32,000 bases of DNA, taken from NCBI RefSeq assembly GCF_963967315.1, contig NZ_OZ017288.1:120001-152000 (forward strand), in the 5' to 3' direction. How positions within the stretch are numbered: the first letter of the stretch is position 1; every line of letters starts with the position of its first letter. Made by a program: the position numbers and the translations under genes. Below, piece after piece: positions 15,774 to 22,859 of the stretch. Source of the DNA: Candidatus Minimicrobia sp. QA0096 (lineage in GTDB: Bacteria; Patescibacteriota; Saccharimonadia; Saccharimonadales; Saccharimonadaceae). A model generated the notes under the pieces. The model did not search any database and was not told the DNA's origin. It worked only from the letters and a program-made list of their open reading frames with translations.

Positions 15774-16199
15774 TTAGTCGACGACTTCAACGCCCATTGA
15801 GCGTGCTGATCCGGCGATAACTTTCATTGCGCCTTCGATGTCGATTGCGTTCAATTGGTCTTTTTTCGCCTCAGCGATCTCTTGCAATTGTGCGCGAGTA
15901 ATCTTACCGACCTTGTCTGAGTGTGGCTTGCCGCTGCCCTTTTGAATTCCAGCTTTTTCACGAATCATATCATCAACTGGCTGACCAAGTGAGTTCCAGG
16001 TGAATGTTCGATCTTCGTAAACTTGAATGTGAACGATTACATCCTTACCCATCATGTCTTTTGTAGCGTCGTTGAATGGATTGATAAAGTCCATCATGTT
16101 TAGTCCCCACTGACCAAGCGTTGATCCCACTGGAGGACCTGCTGTTGCTCGACCGGCTGGAATACGTAATTTCAAATTACCAATAATTTTCTTTGCCAT
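15774..16199 (-). CDS. rplK: 50S ribosomal protein L11
   Basis: AGRATAGPPVGSTLGQWGLNMMDF; 141 aa; follows nusG. Confidence 0.96.
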   Translation of the reverse strand: MAKKIIGNLKLRIPAGRATAGPPVGSTLGQWGLNMMDFINPFNDATKDMMGKDVIVHIQVYEDRTFTWNSLGQPVDDMIREKAGIQKGSGKPHSDKVGKITRAQLQEIAEAKKDQLNAIDIEGAMKVIAGSARSMGVEVVD

Positions 16200-16235
16200 A
16201 GTTCTTCCTTATAGTTTGTAGTGCGTAACTCGAAT

Positions 16236-16264
16236 ATTATATCGAAAAATGCTTAAAATTGCAA
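16236..16264 (-). promoter_or_regulatory. Near-consensus promoter between nusG and rplK
   Basis: Minus strand TTGCAA-17 nt-TATAAT. Confidence 0.5.
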
Positions 16265-16265
16265 G

Positions 16266-16811
16266 CTAAACTTTTTTAACCTGCAAGGCGTCCAGTTCGA
16301 CTGGAGTGTCGCGACCAAACATGCTAACCATAACTTTCAAAGTGCCCTTAGACGCGTCAATTTCGCTCACGGCGCCGTCAAAGCCCTTGAATGGACCGTC
16401 GATAATTGAAACAACTTCGCCTTCTGAGAAGTCAATCTGATGCTTTGGCTCTTCAACGCCCATTCTCTTCTTAATCTTCGCAATTTCTTTTTCAGAAACT
16501 GGAGTTGGCGTAGTGTCGGCGCCCACAAATCCTGTAACGCCTGGCGTGTTGCGGATGATATACCAAGTTTCATCGGTCAATTTCATCTCAACCAAGACAT
16601 AGCCCTGGAAGATCTTAGCTTCAACGATTTTACGCTTACCGTTGCGAATCTGGATCTGCTTTTCCTTTGGCACGATAACGTCAAAAATCTTATCAGCCAT
16701 ATCAACGCCATTGATTCGCTGGTGGATTGATTCGGCAACTTTTTCTTCGTAGCCAGAATAGGTATGAATTGCATACCATTGCTTACTGTCGTCATATCGT
16801 TTTGAACTCAT
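16266..16811 (-). CDS. nusG: Transcription termination/antitermination factor NusG
   Basis: KQWYAIHTYSGYEEKV NGN motif; KOW motif GEVVSIIDGPFKGFDGAVSEID; 181 aa. Confidence 0.95.
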   Translation of the reverse strand: MSSKRYDDSKQWYAIHTYSGYEEKVAESIHQRINGVDMADKIFDVIVPKEKQIQIRNGKRKIVEAKIFQGYVLVEMKLTDETWYIIRNTPGVTGFVGADTTPTPVSEKEIAKIKKRMGVEEPKHQIDFSEGEVVSIIDGPFKGFDGAVSEIDASKGTLKVMVSMFGRDTPVELDALQVKKV

Positions 16812-16821
16812 AATCTCTCCT

Positions 16822-17151
16822 CTATTTCAAAATTTGGTTAAAGCCCCAGTTGAATGCGGCGTCAAGTAATAAAATCAGAACGACAAACGCAAAGGTGAAG
16901 ATAAGCACCGCCGCTGTCATTGCCCAAGTGGCTGAGCGGGTTGGCCAGCGAACTAGCTTCAACTCTTCCCAAGCGCCTTTGAAATACCCAATCAATCCAC
17001 CTTTTTCGCCGGACTTTTTAGGTGCTTTTGCGACGATTTTGGTTGGTTTATTAATTTTTTTCGCTACAGCTTTTTCTTTTTTTGGTGCGTCGTCAGTAGC
17101 CTTGATTCGACGAACCGTAGTTTTGCTGCTTGCCTTGCCTTTCTGTGCCAT
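16822..17151 (-). CDS. secE: Preprotein translocase subunit SecE with a Lys-rich N-terminal extension
   Basis: ELKLVRWPTRSATWAMTAAVLIFTFAFVVLILLL single TM. Start set at ATG 17149-17151 (SD GGGAG at 17157-17161). The longer GTG-started ORF runs through a terminator hairpin. Confidence 0.85.
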   Translation of the reverse strand: MAQKGKASSKTTVRRIKATDDAPKKEKAVAKKINKPTKIVAKAPKKSGEKGGLIGYFKGAWEELKLVRWPTRSATWAMTAAVLIFTFAFVVLILLLDAAFNWGFNQILK

Positions 17152-17162
17152 ATTTTCTCCCA

Positions 17163-17189
17163 ATTTAAAAAGTCTGTTTTTCACAGACT
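17163..17189 (-). terminator. Hairpin plus U-tract between the histidine kinase and secE
   Basis: Minus strand AGTCTGT-GAAAA-ACAGACT followed by TTTTTAAATT. It ends 2 nt before the secE SD. Confidence 0.6.
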
Positions 17190-17240
17190 GTCAATAGTCA
17201 TTGTAATTCATCCGAGCCAAAAAAACAAGTTAACCGAATA

Positions 17241-18434
17241 TTATTTGTCATTATTTTTGAACTCTTTTAGCTTGAATCCGAAGGTTGAGCCGTGATTTAA
17301 TCGGCTTTCTACCTCAATTTTGCAGCCCAATTTCTTCGCTAACTTAGTAGAAACGTATAGACCTAATCCTGTGCCTTTCGTCTCGCGAGTTCTATAATCT
17401 TCTGCGCGGTAAAACTTGTCGAAAATTTTTACTATGTCGGCTTTGCTAATGCCAATTCCCGTGTCAATAACCTTGAAGGTGATTTCGCCAGATTTATTTT
17501 TCTTGATTGATAAAGTTATGGAGCCTTTTTGTGTATATCGAATGGCGTTGGTAATGAAGTTTTGGAGAATTTCCTCCAGATATAAACGAGAAACCTTAAC
17601 TACACCAAGTCGCCCGCCGATATCCAAATTGAAAGCCAAGCCTTTTTCGCCCGCCTGAGGTGAATATTCTGAATTTATCTGAGCCGCCAGCTCTGTCACG
17701 TCAATTATTTCTGTTTCATCAGCCACACCTCGCTCGGCGCGCGATAATGTACTGAGGTCGTTGATCATTCGCGCTAAGAATAAAATTTGCTTATGAGATT
17801 CGTCAATGGCTTCGGGAATTTTGCTAGTCATTTTACGCTCGACCAACAATTTGGCGTTACTTAGCGAACCTTCAGCAATAGCAATCGGCGTGCGTAATTC
17901 GTGACTGACTACACTAATAAATTCATCGCGCTCTTCCTCGAGGCTCTTAGTCTTCGTAATGTCGCGCAAGATAAGTACATATCCGTCTGGCGTCATTTTA
18001 TCGCCACCCTGAACTGGCGCAAGCGTAACTTCCAGGCGAATATAATCGCCATCTTCGATTTTCATCAGAACGTCGTCGCGCTGGCGAATCGCAGAAGATT
18101 TGGTGAGCTCCTTAAAAATGTCAATCGGCTTTTTATCTGTCGTTTCAAGGTTCAGCACCTGACTGATATGTTCGCCGTTAATTCCACTGTTCGTATCAAT
18201 CAAATTAAGTGCCGCAGAATTGTACGTATTGATAATTCCGCGCTCGTCCGTACTGAGAATCGCGTCGGTGATATTATTGATAAGCGTGATCATTCTTTGA
18301 TGTTCGCTTAGGCTTTTTTTATTATTTTTATAATCAGATTCATCGCTAATTTCCGACAATATTTTATGTAAAACAATAGCTATAACACCTAAAACAACAC
18401 TCAGAGTGATCAATAGAAAAATTAGCGCCCACAT
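17241..18434 (-). CDS. Membrane-anchored PAS-domain sensor histidine kinase (no cognate response regulator in the window)
   Basis: N-terminal TM; H-box SHELRTPI; N-box NFITNAIRYT; G1 DTGIGI; G2 GTGLGLYV. Confidence 0.9.
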   Translation of the reverse strand: MWALIFLLITLSVVLGVIAIVLHKILSEISDESDYKNNKKSLSEHQRMITLINNITDAILSTDERGIINTYNSAALNLIDTNSGINGEHISQVLNLETTDKKPIDIFKELTKSSAIRQRDDVLMKIEDGDYIRLEVTLAPVQGGDKMTPDGYVLILRDITKTKSLEEERDEFISVVSHELRTPIAIAEGSLSNAKLLVERKMTSKIPEAIDESHKQILFLARMINDLSTLSRAERGVADETEIIDVTELAAQINSEYSPQAGEKGLAFNLDIGGRLGVVKVSRLYLEEILQNFITNAIRYTQKGSITLSIKKNKSGEITFKVIDTGIGISKADIVKIFDKFYRAEDYRTRETKGTGLGLYVSTKLAKKLGCKIEVESRLNHGSTFGFKLKEFKNNDK

Positions 18435-18464
18435 AGCTAAAGTATAACATAAGCATATGCGTTT

Positions 18465-19157
18465 CTATATGTATGGCGAATATTTTTTCAATTCATTTCG
18501 GTGGATTTTATAATGCGGGTCAAATTTGGCAACTTCGTCCCAGAATTTCGTCGAGTGATTCATATGCCTGGTGTGGCACAATTCGTGGATAATTACGTAA
18601 TCAATTAGCTCAAATGGCAAGTTCATCATCCCGATATTCAAGCTAATCGTTCCAGATGAAGAGCAGCTTCCCCAGCGACTTGATGAGTGCGTGATTTTAC
18701 TCCGAGCAAAATAAAAACCGTGTTCTTCCGCTAAAAACGACAATCGCCTTGGTAAATACGACTTGGCTTCTTTTCTGAGTGCGATCAGAATTTTACTGCG
18801 GATAAGTTGTTGGTTTGCGGCCGATTCGACAGATTCTGCTTCGTTGATTTCTGCCAATATCTGCGTTCCGACGATTTTTACGCTCGAAGGTTTAGCGGTC
18901 GTTTGTATCAATAAATGATGGCTTTTGCCGATTTGCTGATTTTCTGTGTAAGAAAGTTTTTCTCTGTACTGAGAAACTAGTTCGCGGATTTGCTTGCGGG
19001 AAGTTTTAATCAATGCCTTTGCAGTCAATAGCGGCGCATATGGCGGCATTGTAATTTGTATTCGTCCGTCTGGCGCAATTTTCAGGCTAACGCTCTTTGC
19101 TAAGCTGCGTTTTTTAACGACAATTTCTCCGAATTCTTCGTCGGTAATAATTGTCAT
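18465..19157 (-). CDS. DUF45/YgjP-like (M48-type) zinc metallohydrolase
   Basis: HELCHTRHMNHSTKFW motif; 230 aa; starts 2 nt after the upstream stop. Confidence 0.75.
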   Translation of the reverse strand: MTIITDEEFGEIVVKKRSLAKSVSLKIAPDGRIQITMPPYAPLLTAKALIKTSRKQIRELVSQYREKLSYTENQQIGKSHHLLIQTTAKPSSVKIVGTQILAEINEAESVESAANQQLIRSKILIALRKEAKSYLPRRLSFLAEEHGFYFARSKITHSSSRWGSCSSSGTISLNIGMMNLPFELIDYVIIHELCHTRHMNHSTKFWDEVAKFDPHYKIHRNELKKYSPYI

Positions 19158-19159
19158 GG

Positions 19160-19702
19160 TTAACCTATGCTAATGCGATTTCCGGCAATTGGGCGGCGTG
19201 GAGCTTCTGGACGACTGGCGCCAATTTGCTTAAGAACAGTGCGAGCTTGACTGCTTAAGGTGTGACGACCGCTGATCACGACGTAAGATTCGCTGCTGTG
19301 TGGAGCTGAAAACTGTTTCAATCGTCGTTCAAAAGATTCGTCATTTCCGCTGTAAGTCTTTATCCAGCGATGCTTGGCTGTGGCGGGATCGGTTTGCACC
19401 CAAACAAATAGGACTTTATATCCATATTCCCTGGCAAGGCGATTGATACGCATACGATTCGTGCGCTGATCCGTTGATCCGTCCAAAATAACAGTTTGTT
19501 TAGTCTTCAAAAATTCTTCCAAAAGCGACAATGTTGCGTCAGAAATGGTTTTTGTATTGTCCGTAAAAACTTCAAATTGTCGAGAACTTACCACTGGAGA
19601 ATTGAAAATCTTCGCAAATTCTACAGCGAATTGCGTCTTCCCTGAACCTGGCGCACCAACCATGGCGATAATATGCGGAAGTGAAGGTGATAAAGGTTTC
19701 AT
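19160..19702 (-). CDS. P-loop NTPase/kinase (AAA_33/zeta-toxin-like fold)
   Basis: Walker A GAPGSGKTQ; VILDGSTDQR; 180 aa. Confidence 0.65.
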   Translation of the reverse strand: MKPLSPSLPHIIAMVGAPGSGKTQFAVEFAKIFNSPVVSSRQFEVFTDNTKTISDATLSLLEEFLKTKQTVILDGSTDQRTNRMRINRLAREYGYKVLFVWVQTDPATAKHRWIKTYSGNDESFERRLKQFSAPHSSESYVVISGRHTLSSQARTVLKQIGASRPEAPRRPIAGNRISIG

Positions 19703-19710
19703 ATTGAGAA

Positions 19711-19719
19711 ATTATAGCA
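19711..19719 (-). promoter_or_regulatory. Extended -10 element 8 nt upstream of the P-loop kinase ATG (leaderless-type)
   Basis: Minus strand TGCTATAAT, then TTCTCAAT, then the ATG. No SD. Confidence 0.4.
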
Positions 19720-19730
19720 GATTTTTGACT

Positions 19731-19762
19731 AATAAAAAAGATTCTCTTTCAAGCGAGAATCT
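19731..19762 (-). terminator. Terminator after tRNA-Trp
   Basis: Minus strand AGATTCTC-GCTTGAAA-GAGAATCT followed by TTTTTATT. Confidence 0.6.
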
Positions 19763-19839
19763 TGGCAGGAGTGGAGGGACTCGAACCCCCGACACCTGGT
19801 TTTGGAGACCAGTGCTCTAGCCACCTGAGCTACACTCCT
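19763..19839 (-). tRNA. trnW: tRNA-Trp (anticodon CCA), CCA end encoded
   Basis: Hand-folded cloverleaf, 77 nt. Acceptor AGGAGTG/CACTCCT; D arm GCTC-AGGTGGCTA-GAGC; anticodon arm CTGGT-CTCCAAA-ACCAG; T arm GGGGG-TTCGAGT-CCCTC; discriminator G; CCA. Confidence 0.93.
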
Positions 19840-19926
19840 ATAGCAACCATTTTATCACGAATTAGCTTTGTCGCAAATGTTAAAATTGTGAAAAATAAAA
19901 ACTCGTGAAAAAGATCCCAAAATCCC

Positions 19927-19955
19927 TTGAAAAAACATAAGCGTAGTTCTACAAT
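19927..19955 (+). promoter_or_regulatory. Candidate promoter for the GT4/GH57 pair
   Basis: TTGAAA-17 nt-TACAAT, then 10 nt to ATG 19966. No SD. Confidence 0.45.
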
Positions 19956-19965
19956 TAACTCAGAG

Positions 19966-21168
19966 ATGAAAATTTTAATGCTTGGGTGGGAACTTCCTCC
20001 GCACAATAGTGGCGGACTTGGCGTTGCTTGTTATCAGATGTCGAAGGCGCTTGCTTCGGAGGGCGTTGATATTGACTTTATTATTCCCTATATCGCCAAG
20101 CATCCCGGAATTGACTATATGAATATCTATTCAGCTACTCCTTTGCCGCCGAATTATCACGATTTGGGTGCGTATAATAACGGTTCAGAGGAAGACCGTG
20201 AAAACGCTAAGGACGAGTATGGTCTTTCGCCGATGCGCGCTGTACAGAGGCGTTATGGCAAATATGTTCGGAAGTTTGTGAAAAATCATCAGCCCGACGC
20301 GATTCACGCGCATGATTGGTTGACGATGGAAGCTGGAATAATTGCTAAGGAAATGACTGGTGCGCCGCTAATTGTGCATGTTCACGCGACGGAATTTGAC
20401 CGTTCTGGCGAGCAGTCAGGAAATCCTCTGGTTCACGAAATTGAGCAACAAGGCTTGTTGATGGCTGACCGGATAATCGCCGTTAGTGAAATCACGAAGG
20501 AGATAATTGTTAAGAATTATCACATTCCGCCAGAGAAAATTGAGGTGGTTTATAACGCGATTGATTTGGCTGACTTGCCGCCGCATGAGTATGACGCCAG
20601 CACTTACAGGTATTTGGAGGAGTTGAAAAAGGATGGCTATGCGGTTGTTGGTGCGTTGACGCGACTCACGGTTCAGAAGGGTTTGACGTATTTTGTGCGA
20701 GCTGCAGCGAAGGCGCTTGATAAATATGAGAAGATCGTTTTTGTTTTATCCGGAAATGGCGAGCAAAGAGATGAACTGATTGAACTAGCGGCAGACTTAG
20801 GGATTAGCAATAAGATGATTTTTACGGGATTTGTGCGCGGAAAACAATGGCGAGATACTTATTATCTAATTGATGTTTTTGTGATGAGTTCGATTTCTGA
20901 GCCGTTTGGTCTGACCGCATTGGAGGCAGCTCATCACGACACTGCACTACTTATTAGTCGTCAATCTGGTGTCGGTGAGGTATTAAATAACATTATGCGG
21001 TTTGATTATTGGGATGTGAATAAATTGGCGGATGAAATTGTTAATATCGCTGAATCGCCTGCCTTACAGAAATCTTTGAAGAAAAATGTTAAGAATGAAT
21101 ACGCGAGAATTTCTTGGCAGGACGCCGCTAGAAAATGCCTGAAACTGTACAAAGGAGCGCTGGTATGA
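19966..21168 (+). CDS. Family 4 glycosyltransferase (glycogen/alpha-glucan synthase-like)
   Basis: MKILMLGWELPPHNSGGLGVA N-terminus; E-x7-E region SEPFGLTALEAAHH. Start moved to ATG 19966 because the longer TTG ORF overlaps the promoter. Confidence 0.8.
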   Translation: MKILMLGWELPPHNSGGLGVACYQMSKALASEGVDIDFIIPYIAKHPGIDYMNIYSATPLPPNYHDLGAYNNGSEEDRENAKDEYGLSPMRAVQRRYGKYVRKFVKNHQPDAIHAHDWLTMEAGIIAKEMTGAPLIVHVHATEFDRSGEQSGNPLVHEIEQQGLLMADRIIAVSEITKEIIVKNYHIPPEKIEVVYNAIDLADLPPHEYDASTYRYLEELKKDGYAVVGALTRLTVQKGLTYFVRAAAKALDKYEKIVFVLSGNGEQRDELIELAADLGISNKMIFTGFVRGKQWRDTYYLIDVFVMSSISEPFGLTALEAAHHDTALLISRQSGVGEVLNNIMRFDYWDVNKLADEIVNIAESPALQKSLKKNVKNEYARISWQDAARKCLKLYKGALV

Positions 21169-22367
21169 ATAAAAATAAAGGAATAGTTTTATATCTACAC
21201 GTACACCAACCGTGGCGAATACGCGAGTATAGTATATTTGACGCGGCTTGGAAGCATAATTATTTCTCTGGCGGTCAAAATCCAGATCAGGACAATCAAA
21301 AAATATTCCAAAAAGTTGCAGAAAAGTCGTATTTGCCGATGAATGCTTTGCTTGAAAAATTATTGAAAAAATATCCTGATTTTAAGATTTCACTGAGTTT
21401 TAGTGGAACGTTTTTAGAGCAAGCCGAAAGGTTTAACCCTGAAGTTTTGGAGAGCTTTAAGCGCTTGGTAAAGACTAGTCAAGTAGAAATATTATCAAGT
21501 CCTTATCATCATAGTCTGGCGTTTTTCTATTCGCGTAAGGAATTTGAGGAGCAAGTCGAACTTCATCGCTGGAAGATTCGTGAGATTTTTGGTGCGGAAA
21601 CGCGAGTTTTGGCAAATACAGAGTTGGCGTATAGTGATGACTTGGCGAAATGGGCTGAACAGGACGGCTTTAAGGGCGTGTTGGCTGAAGGTTGGGATCC
21701 GATTCTGAATTGGCGCAGTCCGAATTATGTATATCGCCCGAGAGGCACGAAGAAAATTGGATTACTACTTAAGAATTATCGATTGAGCGATGATTTGGCG
21801 TTTAGGTTTAGTGATCGAAAATGGAATGAATGGCCGTTGACCGCGGACAAGTTTAATACGTGGGTGGAAGATTCTGTCCGTTACGCGCCACTGCTTAACT
21901 TGTTTATGGACTATGAAACTTTCGGCGAACATCAATGGGCGGAATCTGGGATTTTCGGCTTCTTTGAGAAGTTTGTTGATAAATGGCTGAGTGCTGATGG
22001 CAATACTTTCTATACCGTTAGCGAAGCACTGGACGCGAATGTGCCTGCTGGTGAAATAAGTATGCCGTCGCCTGTAACGTGGGCAGACGCTGAGCGGGAT
22101 TTGACGGCTTGGAATGGAAATAGTCTGCAGAAAGAAGCTTTGCGATATGTCTATGAGCTTGAAGATGAGGTCTTGAATAGTAAAGACGAAGGTTTAATTG
22201 GCGATTGGCGAAAATTGCAAACTTCAGACCACTTCTATTACATGGGAACGAAGAATTTTACCGACGGCGATGTCCACGCTTATTTTAGTCCGTATGATTC
22301 GCCATACGACGCTTTTCTTTACTATATGAACACCATTCGTGATATGAAATCTCGATTGAGGAAATAG
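21165..22367 (+). CDS. Glycoside hydrolase family 57 protein (alpha-amylase/glucan-processing type)
   Basis: YLHVHQPWR; NTELAYSD; MDYETFGEHQW. ATG overlaps the GT4 stop (ATGA). SD AAAGGAG at 21151-21157. Confidence 0.8.
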   Translation: MNKNKGIVLYLHVHQPWRIREYSIFDAAWKHNYFSGGQNPDQDNQKIFQKVAEKSYLPMNALLEKLLKKYPDFKISLSFSGTFLEQAERFNPEVLESFKRLVKTSQVEILSSPYHHSLAFFYSRKEFEEQVELHRWKIREIFGAETRVLANTELAYSDDLAKWAEQDGFKGVLAEGWDPILNWRSPNYVYRPRGTKKIGLLLKNYRLSDDLAFRFSDRKWNEWPLTADKFNTWVEDSVRYAPLLNLFMDYETFGEHQWAESGIFGFFEKFVDKWLSADGNTFYTVSEALDANVPAGEISMPSPVTWADAERDLTAWNGNSLQKEALRYVYELEDEVLNSKDEGLIGDWRKLQTSDHFYYMGTKNFTDGDVHAYFSPYDSPYDAFLYYMNTIRDMKSRLRK

Positions 22368-22386
22368 TCAGACATTCTTATCAAAT

Positions 22387-22416
22387 AAAAACTCCCTCTT
22401 AATGCGAGGGAGTTTC
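22387..22416. terminator. Bidirectional terminator between GH57 and rpmG
   Basis: AAAACTCCCTC-TTAATGC-GAGGGAGTTT. The T-run is strong when read on the minus strand (TTTTTATTT). Confidence 0.75.
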
Positions 22417-22433
22417 TGTATAATCCTGTTAAA

Positions 22434-22652
22434 TTAGCTTTTACGAGCTTTAACTTCGTTACGACCAAGGTTTTTCTTAGTCTCAGTGTAAGTAGCGTGT
22501 TGCTTCGCAATTGGGTCGTACTTACGTAGTGTCAATTTACCCTGACCTTTTGTGGTGCGGTTCTGGGTGTTAACAGTAGTATAGTAAGTTCGGTGGTTGC
22601 TCAAGTTACTCACCAAACCAATCAGCTTTCGTTTCGTATTCTTCTTTGCCAT
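22434..22652 (-). CDS. rpmG: 50S ribosomal protein L33 (Cys-less form) with a short basic C-terminal extension
   Basis: MAKKNTKRKLIGLVS...TLRKYDPIAKQHATYTETKK matches the L33 pattern, with the four Zn cysteines replaced (S..S, D..A). Confidence 0.8.
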   Translation of the reverse strand: MAKKNTKRKLIGLVSNLSNHRTYYTTVNTQNRTTKGQGKLTLRKYDPIAKQHATYTETKKNLGRNEVKARKS

Positions 22653-22859
22653 CTCTTTACTCGTTAGATTTTATAAAACGTCTTGACTAATTATAGCATG
22701 GGTGAAGTGAAAATGCTAGACCTGTATCAGATTTTTTATTAAGATTATGTCGTTCAGCTGAGTTTTTGGCGGCTGTTTTATAGTATAATTATCAGAAAGG
22801 CTGCTCTTATTAAACAGTCGCGGAGGATATTTATAAATCAATTATGGAGGATTGGCTCG

